From Cyanophora paradoxa CCMP329 (taxonomy: Eukaryota; Plantae; Glaucophyta), in contig QPMI01000005.1 of NCBI GenBank assembly GCA_004431415.1, positions 620,001 to 684,000 on the forward strand: a stretch of DNA of 64,000 nucleotides, written 5' to 3'. A program made the translations under genes and the position numbers. How positions within the stretch are numbered: position 1 is the first letter of the stretch; every line of letters begins with the position of its first letter. The notes beneath the pieces are model-generated. The model searched no databases. It was not told the DNA's origin and saw only the letters and a list, made by a program, of their open reading frames with translations. Positions 13,401 to 25,800 of the stretch are shown here, piece by piece.

Positions 13401-16400
13401 GCGCCAGCGCCACGGCAAGACGCACCCCAGAGAGCACATCGCTCAGCCGCTGCTCGGGATTGCGCTCCTCCTCCGCCTTGAGAGCCGCAAGGACGAGCGC
13501 GCTCCGCCCCGCGGTCCCCGAAGATGGATGCGCCGTCCCCCGCACGCGCGCGGCCGGCTTGAGGCGTCTCGCTGGACCGGCACCGGCCTCGAGGCCGATG
13601 CTGAAGTGCGCCGCGGCCTCCTCCACCGCCGCCCGCGCAGCCTCCAGAGCCGCCAGCCGGCGGAGTGCCTGCAGGGCTGCAGCTGGCGCAGAGCCGACAC
13701 TGTCCAGAGCCGCGACGTGCGCCAGCGCCGCCGCCGCCGCCCGCAGCGACGCGGCGCCGTCCTTGAGCCCCGCCGCCGCCTCCGCGCACGCCTCGAGAAG
13801 CTTCACTGCGGAATCCGCGGCGGCCGCGGCGCGTCCGCCGTCATCCGCGCGCTCCACGGCCTGCGACGGCGTCGGCGTGGGGTCCTTGCGCCGCTGCGAG
13901 GCGGGACGCACGGCGACGAGGGCGGCGCAGAGGGCGAGGGCGAGCTTCCGGCTGCGAGCGACCTCCGCCATCGCTGGCGCGTCCAGCAGCGCCCGCAGCT
14001 CCTCCAGCCGGCCCCGCTCAGCCAGCGTCCCCACCAGCCGCGCCCGCACAAACCTGCAAGGCGGCGTCGGTGCGAAATGCGAACGCTTGAATCGAAATCG
14101 GACAAGGGGGGGCGGACCAGGCCTCGGCTTTCTTGGGGTGGTCGGCCCCAGCGATGGTCCGCACGTCGCTCCACATCTCCCGGAGCGCCTCCCGCGCATC
14201 GCCGCGATTCTCCTGCGGGCAATCAGCGCGGGCGATCTCGGGCTCGGCGGGCGGGGCGGGCCTTGATCCAAAAGATGGCGTCGATGACGGTCGTGACGCC
14301 GAAGCTCGCCACCCCCTCCGCCACCAGCTTGCCCGCCCTGTACAGCTTCTCCAGCACCCGCACTGCGCGATATCGATGGACTTTCAGAGAGGAAGGAGCA
14401 CACATGCGCCGCCGGAAGGGCGCACTGGCGGCCTTCGCGCGGCGGACGGCGTCGCCAAAGCGGTCGTAGTCGGAGCTCGCGCGCACCAAGGCCTGCGCGA
14501 GATGGTCAAGCGGGCCGCGCTGCGCTCGGGCGGGGCGCGGGGGCCGGGCGGACCTCGCGCGCAAGGTAGGCCGCCGCCTCCGCCCGCCACGATCCCGCCG
14601 CCTCCGCCTGCTTCGCGATCTCCTTCAGCCGCGCGCTCAGCGGCTTTACGACCGCCTCGTGGCTCAACCGCCGCGCCTCAGCTGCGCTCCCATCAGTGGC
14701 GGCGGAGCGGAGCGGAGGCCCAGGCAAGGGGGCCGGGGCGGGCCTTGGGCGGGGGAGGCGGCGGCGGCGGCGGCCTCGAGGGCGGCGAGGGCGGCGGCGA
14801 CGAGCTCGAGCCGCGCGAGGTCGTCGTGGTCCGCCAGCCCCGCCCCCTTCACCCCCGCCAGCTGCGCCCCCGTCGGAGAGGGTGGCGCTTGCGGAAGAGG
14901 GGGGCAGGGAGTGGGGGTGGGGGGGTGGGGAGGGGGTGCAGGGTGTGTGAAAGGTGGGTGGGAAAGGGAAGAGGAAGCGGAGGGTCGGGGGTAGGGGCGG
15001 AAGCGGGGGGGGGGGAGCCGAACGGGGAGGGCGAGGGGGGGGGGGGGGCGGGGGGGCCGGAGGTAGGAGCGGAAACGGGGGGGGAGGGGGGAGGGATGGC
15101 AACCGGGGTTAGGGCAGAAGGCGGCGGGAGGAGCGGGAGGCCGGGGGTAGGAGTGGAAACGGGGGAGGGGGGGGGGGGGGGGGGCGAGGAGGGGATGGCG
15201 ATGGCGACCGAAACGAGGTGGGAGAGGGAGCCGGGGGCGGGCGGGGACGGGCGGGAAAGGAGGGCGGAGGGAGAGTAGAGACAAGCTTAATAGGCGGAAG
15301 AAGCGAGGGCGGGGGAGGGGCGAGGAAACGGGGGGAGAAGGAGGAGAAGCAGAGAGGGGAGAGCGTAGTCAGATCGGGCGGGGTATCGCACCTGCTCGGA
15401 GCAGAAGTCGATGAGGACGCGCCAGTCCGCCGAAGTGAAGGCGCCGGCGCCCTGCGGGAGGCAGCCGAGCGCCGCCACGAGCGCTGCCAGCACACCGCTG
15501 TTCGCCAGCGCCGCCACCTTCGCCCGTCCGATCAGCTCGTTCACCAGCTGCGCCGGTTCAAAGTCAGGCGCGGCGCGGCGCGGACGGGGGCCGGTCCGTG
15601 TCTAAGAGCGGGCCGGGGGCTCGGGGCGGCGCGCCTCGCGACAGAGCCCCGGGTCGGCGGACGCCAGGAGGCCGCACACGTCCGCCAGGTCCTCCGCGCC
15701 CGGCGCGCCCGTCTCTGCGAAGGCCGAGAGCGCTGCGGCGAGGCTCGGGGCGCGCGGGCGCGCGGGATGGGCGCGATCGAGGACGCCGCACCGCGCTCGC
15801 AGAGCCGCCGCAGCCGCTGCCGCGCGGCGGCGAGCTTCTGCAGCTCGCTGGCGCCGGCGGCTGCCTGCACAACCGGCAGCTGCAGCGCGCGCCCGGCCGG
15901 CCCGTCCGCCGCGCAGTCCATCCGACGGGCGGCGGCCTCGCCGGCGGCGACGAGGCGGAGGAGCGCGGCGAGCTGCGCGACGCTGCGCGCCTCCCGCAGC
16001 TGCAGCGCCCGCAGCTCCTCCAGCGGCGGCCCCGCGCCCAGCGGCGCCGGCGGCTCCTCGGGCTCGCCAGGCGAGTCCGGAATGTCGAGTGACACCTCCT
16101 CCGGATCCAGCGATATGACGTGGACGGGCTGCGGCTTCGCGTCGCATTCTGCAGCGGCCGCGGCTGCTGCGCTCGCGTCTGCAGCTTTCAAGCCGCCGCA
16201 GCTATCGGCCGCGGGTGCTGCGGGGCTCGATGCGGCTGCGGCCGCGGCTTTTAGGTCGGCGGGGGCATGGGAGGCTGGTGCGGCTTCGGCGTCGCGGTCC
16301 GACTCGCAGGCTGCAGTTGCAGGTACCGGTTTCGGGTCGCCGGCGCTATAGCTAGCGCCGGCGGCCGCGAGGGCGGCTGCAGTTGGCGCGGCCGCGGCGT

Positions 16401-16554
16401 TCGAGTCGCAGACCGACTCGCAGGCTACAGCTTTCGGATCGATGGATCGTGCCGCAGCAAGCTCTTTCGGATCGCAAGCTACAGCGGGTGCAGCTGCGGC
16501 TGGGGCTGGAGCTGCAGCTGGGCGCGGTTTGGGCTTGCTGCACCCGCAGCCCAT
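7467..16554 (-). CDS. NLR-like STAND protein copy A: N-acylation motif, ARM-like domain, NACHT, pentapeptide repeat, 14x WD40 (~34 exons)
   Basis: Start MGCGCSKP at 16554. Spliced Walker A-like [14 protein letters not shown], Walker [33 protein letters not shown], winged-helix [23 protein letters not shown] followed by [26 protein letters not shown]40 exons DG..LASGS.D.TVRLW..GH..V.SVAFSP lie between 10887 and 7467. Confidence 0.92.
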
Positions 16555-16989
16555 CGCAGGGGAAGCGGCCGGATGTTGAAGGCACGAAAATCCTCGATGG
16601 AAGAACTCTGCGCACGATCGAGCGCTTCAGCAGCTGTACGCGCGCGGGCCCGGCGATGGAGGGAGCGATCAAATGGCCGGCGCACACGCTCCCGACTCCC
16701 GCAGGCACGGGACCGAGCCTGACAACTGCTGGATCGCTGCCCGCTTCTCGCGCGCTGCTCGCTCTGCTCGCGCTCGCTCGCTCGCTCGCTGAAGCTGATC
16801 AGTGAGTGCTGCAAGCCTTCAACGCGTCGGACGTGCGCCGCCGCCGCTGGCCGCACCAGCGTAGCCCCTACAACGCTTCGCTTCGGCGCCGTCATCACCG
16901 CAAAACCGGACCGGCGCGCCTTTGCCTGTACCCCGCGAGTCTTTTTTTCGGCCGAGCGAGCTTGAGACGCGCGACGACGCTCGATTCCA

Positions 16990-18415
16990 ACACGAAGGCG
17001 CTGGTGGCGAAGAAGCGCGGCGCCCAGCCGGGTGGCGTCGAGGCAGCTTGTCGGCCAAGTCTTCGGTGCGCCACCCGCCAGCGCCGCTGCCGGGGCGCCT
17101 CCGCTGACTTGCATCTGTTATCTGCGCCAGACATGCTCGACAGCGCCTTCGGTTTCGTCAAGAAGGACATCACGGAGAAGACCGGCCGCGGGGTGAGCCA
17201 TTCTGCCCTGTGCGGACGCTGCGGCGTCGCGGCCGCAGCTGCGCACGGCGCTGCGCTCGGGGCCGCTCACTGGCCGCCACTCCGCATCGCAGGCCGTCTG
17301 GATCCGGGTCGCTTTCGCGCTGCAGCTCCGCAGCTCTGCGCGAAGCTTCGGTTGCGAGCGCGCGCGGCGCAGAGGATCGTTAGCTATTCACCCCTATCGC
17401 GGTCTGCTCTCTCCCGCAGCTCCCGCGCGTGCCACAGCCCCGCCGCCCCGGCCCGCTGTGAGCGCTGCTGAGCCACGGCGACGACGGCGTGTGCGCCCTC
17501 GCGGCGCTCTGCGGCCCGGGGCTGCGGCGCCTGAACCTCTTCTGGTCCGCCCCCCCCGCTCCAACGCGAGCGCGCTGCCGCACGCCCGCCCCCGACGCCC
17601 GCCCAGGAGCAAGGAGGTGACGGGGCTCGGGCTGCGGGCGGTGGCGGACCGGGGGCCCCCGCTCTGCGCCCTCAACCTCGGCGGGGTACGCTGCATCATA
17701 GACGAGGACCTGGGATACGCTCCAGCGGTGCGCGCCCGGTCCGCCCCTCCCACCTTCGCCCCGCTCACGCCGCCCCCGCAGCTGCTGCGCCGGGCTGCTC
17801 GAGCTGCGGTCCGCCCGTCCGCCCCCTTTCGCCCCTCTCCCCTTCCCGACCATAGCCAGCCTCCCGACCCCCCGCGGCAGCATGCTCTTCCGGTGCGGGT
17901 GGCTGACGCGGCCGGGGCTGGAGGCGGTCGCCGCCTGCCCGCGCCTCTCCCTCCTCGTTCTCTCGGGCTGCCGCGGGCTCGACCCCGCCGTGCGCCCCGC
18001 CGGCCCCCGCCGCGCCCCTCCCGGCCCGTGATCGGGTACCCCCAGGACCTGGCGCAGATCCCGGCGCTGGCGCCGTCGCTGACGGCGCTGCACGTGTCGC
18101 ACTGCCGCCTCTCCGACGAAGCCGTCCGCGCCATCGGCTCCGGCCTACCCCTCCTCCAGGTCCCGTACCCCCCTGCATCCCGTACCGCCCTCATCTCCAA
18201 CCCGGTACCCCCGCAGGTGCTGAACGTGTCCGGGACGGACGTGACGGACGCGGGCCTGGACTGGGGTACGCCCGCGGAGGGGGGGTACGCGCTGCGGGAG
18301 CTGCACGCGCGGCGGTGCGGGCTGCTGCGGGGCGCGGGGCTGGCGGCGCTGCTGGGGCGGTGCCCGCGGCTCGCGCTGCTGGACGCGGGCTCAACCGGCG
18401 GCTCGACGCGGCCGG

Positions 18416-18447
<32 letters not shown>

Positions 18448-19754
18448 GCCGGCCCCCGCTGCGCTCCCTCGACCTCTCCTCGTGCCCGGCGCCCTTCGCC
18501 GAGGCCGCCCCGCCGGGCGCCGAGGCCGCCGCCGCCGCCGCGCTGCCCCGACGCTCCAGTCCCTCGCCCTCGAGGACGTGCGTACCCGCCCCGCTTCCCC
18601 CCCCCCCCCCGGCCGCCGACCCCGTACCCCCATCCGCCGCAGTGCCCGTGGGCGACGGACGCGTTCGTCGCTGCGGCGGCCGCGCGGCTCCCGCACCTCA
18701 CCCGCCTCGACCTCACCGACGTGCGCGCGTAACCCTCCCGCCCCTCCGCCCCTACTCCTCCCGACCATGCGCTTCGCCCGATCGCAGTGCCCCGGGGCCG
18801 GGGCCGGGGCGGTGGCGGCGGTGGCGGCGTGCTGCCCGCGGCTCGAGGAGCTGACCCTCGACCGCTACGCGTGCCGCCTGCCGCCCGGCGTCACCGGCGG
18901 GCCGCCCTTCGGCCCCTTCGGCCCGGCCGACCCCTTCGGCGACCCGTCGGCGCCGGCGGCGGCCTCAGCAGACCTCGCGCCGGCGCTGCGGGTCCTCCTC
19001 GCCTCCTGCCCGCGGCTGCGGTCCCTCTCGCTCGCCTTCCGCCGCGTGGGGCCCTCGCCGGCCCCCGCCTGGCCGCCGCCCGCCCCGCCGGGCCCGCCCC
19101 TCGCCCTCGAGCTCCTCAACGCCAGCGGCGCCCTCGGCGACCTCGGCGCGCCCGTACCCCCCTCCCGGCCCTGTACCCCGTACCCCCCGGGGCCTGACGG
19201 GGGGGCAGGGGCGGCGCTGGACCCGCGCCGCGTGCCGCGCCTGCGCGTCGCCAAACTCTTCCGCGTCGACCAGGCCCGCCCCGATCCTAAGTATCCAGTA
19301 TCCATGAAGATCCTAAGAGCCAAACATTTCTTTGAATCATAACGAATTTTAAGATCTGAGCTATGCCTTCGTTTGCTCCCAGGCGGGGGACGCGCTGGTG
19401 GAGTCGCTGGCGGCGGGCAGCCGGCGGCTCGAGCGGCTCGAGCTCTCGCGCCCGTGCCTCCTCCCGCCGCCGCGCCCGGGGGGCGAGGGCCCGGACCCGC
19501 CCCCCGCCCTCTCCCTCCCGGCCCTGGCGCGCCTCGCCGCCGCCTGCCCGCGCCTCCTCTCCGCCGTCTTCGGCCGCGAGCGCCGCTTCCACTCCGCCGC
19601 GCGCCCTCTCCCTGCGAAAGGCTACTCGGTGCGCAACCCGTCGACCTTCACAGCGGGGCTCAACCAGTCGCCCCCCGGCGGGCCCCATGGCCCCCCCCCG
19701 GGCTCCCCGGCCCCCTGAGGCCCCCCGCCCCCGGCGGCCCCCGGCGGGCTCCCT

Positions 19755-19795
<41 letters not shown>

Positions 19796-19837
19796 TGAGG
19801 AGGCCCCCGGCCCCCGGCGGCCCCGGCGGCTCCCTGC

Positions 19838-19870
<33 letters not shown>

Positions 19871-20232
19871 CCCCCGGCGGGCCCCTGAGGCTCCCGGCCC
19901 CGCCGTCACAGCTGGGATCTCGTTGGGTCTTCCGTAGGCATTCGCAGCCCTTCTGGAGTCCCCGGCCCGCCCAAGCGCCCGCCCCGCTCCGCCCTGACGC
20001 GCCGGGCCCCACAGGACGGGGGCGGGGAGGTGCTGGGCCTGGAGGCGGCGGCGGCCCGGCGGCTCGAGGCGGCGGCCCCCGGCGTGCAGGCGCCTCCGCG
20101 CCCGGCGGGCTCCTCAGCTCCGGCCGCGACCCTACCCGACTTTCGCCGCAGTGGCTGCTGGCGCGGTTCGAGCCTGACTCGAGGGAGCGCGTCGGAGGGG
20201 CCACGGCGATCGGCCCCGACGCCTTCGTCTAA
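16990..20232 (+). pseudogene. Cys-containing (RNI/FBXL/AMN1-like) LRR gene copy A, divergent from NACHT-WD40 A; apparent frameshifts
   Basis: Exons encode LRR motifs LRRLNLFW, LCALNLGGVRCI, LTALHVSHCRLSDEAVRAIG, LNVSGTDVTDAGL, LRELHARRC, LTRLDLTD, CPRLEELTLDR, CPRLRSLSL and end GPDAFV*. Relative to copies C/D there is a 2-bp loss at ~17717 and 1-bp homopolymer losses. The 5' ATG seen in copy B is absent. Some lesions could be sequencing errors. Confidence 0.7.
19612..19947. mobile_element. ~336 bp MITE-like insertion in an intron of LRR copy A
   Basis: Absent from the equivalent intron of copies C and D. Ends CTGCGAAAGGCTAC / GTAGGCATTCGCAG form a 14-bp inverted repeat with 2 mismatches. Flanks CCCTCTCC / CCCTTCTG resemble the empty site CCCTTCCG. 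Confidence 0.6.
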
Positions 20233-20769
20233 CGATTTCTAGCTGTAGATTTGTAGCAGTTGGCCCGCGATTGTACGCGTGGTTCGTTTCTGGGTCGATC
20301 TTTCAAGTTTTTCGCAGTTTTCGCACGGTACGTACAGTAATAATAACAGTATCCGAGGCCCTCGCGCGGGAGTCACGGGGTCGCAATATCAATTTAGACT
20401 CGCAAATTCGCAATTGATTGTAACCAGTGGCTCAGGCCCAGCCTCATGATCAGGGCCAGTCAGGGCCCTCAAAGGCCGGGGCCAGCCTGTAGCTGGCAAG
20501 GCGCTCACACTCTCCCCGGGTCCGATGGTCTGAGCCGTCATCGTAGTCGCCCCTGAGCGCCCTGAGCTCGATCGCGAGCCGACCGTCGGACATCGTACGT
20601 ATATATACCCGGCCCGGGTGACCGACATTCGAATCGATGACACTGCCAGGCTGCTATACATGTACAGCGTAGCCTAGTAGACTGTGTAGTTACTTATATA
20701 TAATTAGTAATTATATAAACACTGACACTGTGACATTGGGCTGCTACCGGGCTGCTACACCCAGCAACA

Positions 20770-22660
20770 TTGCCGAGTCGTTAAATTGCCGAATTCGGCG
20801 TCTCGGCAATTTACGGCAATTTTCGCCTCGGCAATTTTTCGCCTCCTACAGTACTACGGTTCTACTACGGTAGCCTGGTACTGTAGGATTGCTTTTTTAG
20901 CCGATGTTTTAAATTGCCGTAAATTGCCGAAAGGCCGAATTCGGCAATTTCAAGCTACGGCAATTCTCAGGGGGTAGGCCGTGAGGGCTAAACGGCCGCT
21001 TTTGTATGGCGCCATAGAAGAAATTCAGAGTTTCGGCAATTTATCGCCACGGCAATTCCGGTTTTGGTCGAATTCGGCAATTTAACTACGCGGCAATTCA
21101 AGCATTCCTACAGTACTAGGCTGGCAGGCACTGCTAGGCAGCTCCCGGAGTCCGAGCGAGAGTCCGGGAATCTTGCGCCCGGGCGCCGGCGCCGGCCGGG
21201 CGCCCCGCGCCGCGGCCGCGCGCGGGCCGCGGGGCCCGGCCGCGGCCGGGGGCCGCCGGGCCGGGCGGCCCGGGCGGCCGGGCCCCGCCGCCCCGGGGCC
21301 GGGCCCCGCGGGCCGGGCCGGCCCCGGCCGGCGGGGCGGGCCGGCGGCGGCCGGAAATTCCCGGAATCCCCACCGGATCCAGCCTGGCAGATTCCGGTCC
21401 TTCAAAAAATTAATTTTTCGATTCCGAGTTCCGGATCGGAGTCTATCATTCGGAGATACGGTCTCAGATACCTACCGGTACCGTGTTAGTACGGTGTTAC
21501 ACAAGTTAACACAACTTACAAAGTTACAGTACACTTCAGTTTACGTAATGCGCGCACTTAAGTAATATTAATGCGGTCCCTAATTAATGCGTTATAATCG
21601 CTAGCTGGCAAAACGCATTAATTTGGGACCGCATTAATAACGAAACGCTAAGAATCTGCTGTATGTACCCCCCGACTGCAGCCGAAAAGCCAATCGAAAC
21701 GCATATATGCATTAATTCGGTGCCGCATTATTATAAATACTAGGGGTTCGGGTCCAAAAATAAAAACGCATTAATTTCTGGCGCATTAATTAAGTGTTAC
21801 ACGGGAATCCGGACTCGGGAGTCGGGATTCAAAATGCCTTCGGGAAGGCCCCAAAATCCCCCGGCCCGATTCAAAGGCCCATTGCCATTGGCTCGGGCCA
21901 TTGCATGCAATTTGAAATCGTTGCTTAAATTGTTTGTAGCTTGCGAAAGCAAACCGCCAAGTGAACCGTCAAAACGTCAGCTTTTTTCTGCGCGTGCGCA
22001 TGCGACATTCGATTATTTTCGCAGGCTTAAGCGCTTCGAAACGCTTTCGCAAGCTCAATCCTCCGGCAGAGTCCGGGGCCCCGGGCAGACTGGCCCGTAG
22101 CCTTGGTCGTAGCCTGCCCGTAGGGCACATGAATTCCGCGCTCGCTTAATTACCGGCAATTTTCCGCGGTACCAAAATTACCGCGTCGAAATACTGGTAG
22201 GTACCGCGGTGTACTAGCAGGACAGCTGCAGCTAGTAACCCCCGCAATTACCGCGCAATACGTACTGTAACGTACAAGCCTCCAGATTTATACCGCGGTA
22301 CTACTACGGTATTTTTGCTCAACGTTATTAACGGAGGGCCGGGTTTTATAACGCGGTCACCGGTTACTTTATCCCGCGGTAATATTAATCTAGTGCCGGA
22401 CGGTCGTATTAGCGCGGTCACGGGTATGTGAGTCCATAATACTAGTAATGTGACCCGGGGGCCGGGACTCGGGCCGGGGGCCCGGGACTCACCCGGGAGT
22501 GTCCTGCGGTAGACTCCCAACTTAGAGTTCCAAGTTCAACATTCCGTACAAATCCGTACTACCGGTAATTCCGTTAATTTCCGTATACGTAGTACTATGG
22601 TAGTGGTACCGGTAGTCGCCGTACTAGTCGGCGGTAGACTGCGGTAGTGTCAAGTTGCTG
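20770..22660. mobile_element. Non-coding block of nested MITE-like / non-autonomous DNA-transposon-like segments with iterated subterminal motifs
   Basis: 20770-21097 is bounded by ~26-bp imperfect inverted repeats (TTGCCGAGTCGTTAAATTGCCGAATTC / GAATTCGGCAATTTAACTACGCGGCAA) and holds ~12 CGGCAATT motifs on both strands. 21545-21797 has ~7 GCATTAAT motifs and a 26/27 inverted repeat. 22150-22420 has ~8 TACCGCG/CGCGGT motifs. No transposase ORF. Confidence 0.55.
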
Positions 22661-22868
22661 TCAACACATCGTGTTTGCAGCTGCAGGCTCAGCCAGGCTG
22701 CAGCTGTCACAGCGCGCACCGCCGGGCCGTGCGTCACGGTGCGTGCCAATTGCAAACGCTAACAAAAGCAAGTGCCGCAGTGCTCGAGCTTGAGCTATCG
22801 CGATCGGGCCCAAAAAGCTTAAGTATACGCAACAAACGCGTGTGGTCCCGTGCAAGGCCTAGGGATCA

Positions 22869-25800
22869 TGATCATGAGCAGACAGCGGTCCGCGTTTCTG
22901 ACCTCAGCACTCATCTATGCCCTCCTTGCGGCCAGCGCTCGCTCGGAGGACAGCTACATCGCCCGCCCAGCGCGGTCCTCGCCGTGTGATTCCGCGAGCC
23001 CCATTGCCATCGACGCAACTGCGGCGGCAACGGCGGGCGGCGTCGACGTGACGGGCACAACTGTCGGCGGAGTCAACGTGAACCCGTTTGGCTTGACGTG
23101 GGCCAATCCGACGACCTACCCTGATGTCGCGACATCTTGGGCCAACACTGCAACGCCCCAGTACACCCCCAAAGAGCCCGTGTACTACCACGGTCATCCA
23201 GCTCGTGCGCAAGTACGCTCACGCAAGTCGATTGTACGTATAATGCGCGCACTGCGGCACGCAGCCGAGAAGTGGTTCACGCTCACCTTAACGGAAGATT
23301 CGTGAGTGAACTTAAGCTTAGCGCGCTCAAGTCAGCTGCAGAGCGCAGACCGGACTTGCGCAGCGTTGTCAAGATATTACCGGATTCCTCGGGCATCGCG
23401 TGGGCGTTCAAGATGTTTGTCTTCAGCAGTGACATCTGCTCGACAAGCGTTGCGGCCGAATATGCCGTTTTGCACTACGGAGGTGCGCCATCGATCGCGA
23501 TGTTGCAAATCATAGGATCGAAAACCTGCGCATGCTGTGTACACGCGTACCTATACGTAGCTAGCTATAGTTCCCTTCAGCTCGTTTACTTGCATCTGCA
23601 GCTTACAAATTAATTGTACATGTGCGTGTTTTCCTTCTCAGATGCCATCGACGAACTGCATCTGGCCGCATTCGCGGATTCTACTCTCTACCTCGTCGTC
23701 GAAGGTACCTTGAAGCTTGAAATGCGTCAAGCTTAAGCTTGCAGTCGGTAAGAAGTGCGAAGGGAGTGGAAGGAACTCTACGCTGTTCAGTGGAGCTTTC
23801 TCTTTCAATGTGAAGAGTAAGCAAGCATGCGCCTCGAACATTCGAATTTAGAACTTCGCTCCGTATGTTGATGCATGTGCATATTTATGCATGCATACGC
23901 GCCTGCAGCGATGAGTCTTGCTAGCTCGGACACTCTTGCGCTTGACTCGACCGTCGAGCGGACTGTCGAGGCGCAGCAGCTGATCATCCCTGTCCCCACT
24001 TATAAAAGCAAGCCTCAGCGGATTTTCAAGGTTGCACCAACAACAAGCAGGTAATTTAAGATATAAATACTATATATGATAGCGCATGCAAATTTGTCAC
24101 ACTTCAATAACATTTGTATTCCCAGTTACATTGACTTCTCAGTCAACGCATCTGCCGTCTTTGTCATCGGGAAGGAATCTACAACAGTTGGTCACGTCGT
24201 TGCGTACGGAAGTCCGTGCTTTGCTTTCTCATCATGTCATCATCCTTCAAGGCTTATAATTAGCTATATATATAGTCGCGTGCACGTGCACGTGCACTGA
24301 TATATTTCGCCCTGTGCCAGCGAAATCAAGTACCATGGCGGTCGCCCGCATTACGCCGCATCTAATTGCGGACTCCGTCTACTATGTCGTCGTTTCTTCT
24401 CTGGATGGAACGGCGGGCTCCACGGTCTTCCGACTCTCCGCGAAAGGTGCATGCTAGCGCTCTAGATCTCTCTTTCTCTCGTTCTTTGCAATCGCGTTAG
24501 ATCTCGGACTGAGCCCGATCACCGGTGCAGTGATTGCATCTTCGCCATGCTCTAATGCTACCGTCATCCCGAGCTCAAGCATCGAAGGCAACGCAAACTA
24601 CACATTCAGTGGAACCATGCTCGACGCGCGGTATTTCGGAAGTCTACCTGCAGAGATCCAAGTACTGCAGTCTTTGGAGAGCCTGAGCAATGATGCGGCC
24701 GGTCGTCGCAAGCTGCATCGCACCTCCCACCATATCGAGTCTCGAAGCTCCGCCGAACTTGGTCCTCTCGGCGGGGCCTCCTCTTCAAGACCAGAGGTCT
24801 GGTTCAGGTAACCAGAATAATTAGAATATATTCTTCTCTTCGCAAACCATGCCATTACCAGAAGCTGACAAGATCCACAAATGTACATGCGCAGCTTCAA
24901 ACCCTCGCGCGATATGTATGTTCGGTTCTCGACGTGCGTGTTGCGAACATCGAGCGATTGGAACGACGACGCGATGTATCTTTTGACCGGAAACGCCTGC
25001 GGCCCCAAGGGCGTGTCCAAAGACTGTCTGCTGCACCGACATCGTGCGTACCTTTGATAGCATTCATATTTGCGAATGTGCGATCGCTGCAATTCAATCG
25101 CGCTCATGATCATGTCTCTGCTAGACTCAACGTTTCATTTGCACTCCGCCAACGCAGTAAGCGTTTGCAAAGCCGGTATTGACTTCCTTTTTCTCCATGG
25201 CGTCAATTATTATAAAATTAGTTCAGGCGGACTTCTCTAGATTCCAAATTGTTTCCGAGCAGGGACCGGCTCTCAAGGGGCCGAAACGCCATCCACCTTA
25301 AAGGCTCACGTGCGAGCAAACACCCAGGTTGTTACTGCATCTTTCTGATTGGAGCGCACCGTTTTGCCCCTTCGGCGTTAACGTTGTACTTCCGCATCGC
25401 AGTACTACCTCGTCGTCGCCATGGGAGAGAAAGAACTGCTCGGCGGGAAGTTCACTTTGACGGCGTTCGAAGTCGACTCGTTCTGCTCGGATACGACCCC
25501 TTCTATCTCTGTGCCTGGATGGTTTGTGGGCAACTTCTCACAGCCTACAGCCAGCTTCACGCGCCAAGACCGGCTTCCGGTGAGTTCTACTATAGATTTC
25601 TGAAGCATTCGCTTGAAAACGAGCTTCTAACTAAACACCCTTTCAGGATTTTCCGTTTCAAGGCCGATCAACCGACACTAACGTTGCTGGCGTCGCAGAT
25701 CGCGTTGGGCCGGAGGTGCGCTTGAAGCACGTGTACATGTGCAAGCTTACGGTCACTGGTACTTATGTATAAACTTGAAACTTGTTCCTGCCGGCCGCAG

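Noticed and set aside
12010-16351. Long plus-strand ORFs (e.g. 12737-14266, 15218-16351) and equivalent antisense ORFs over B, C and the LRR genes
   Set aside because: Shadow ORFs of very GC-rich coding sequence on the opposite strand.
20762-22660. CAGCAAC..GTTGCTG as outer hAT-like termini of the whole motif block
   Set aside because: Only a 7-bp match, and the flanks (GCTACACC / TCAACACA) are not a target-site duplication.
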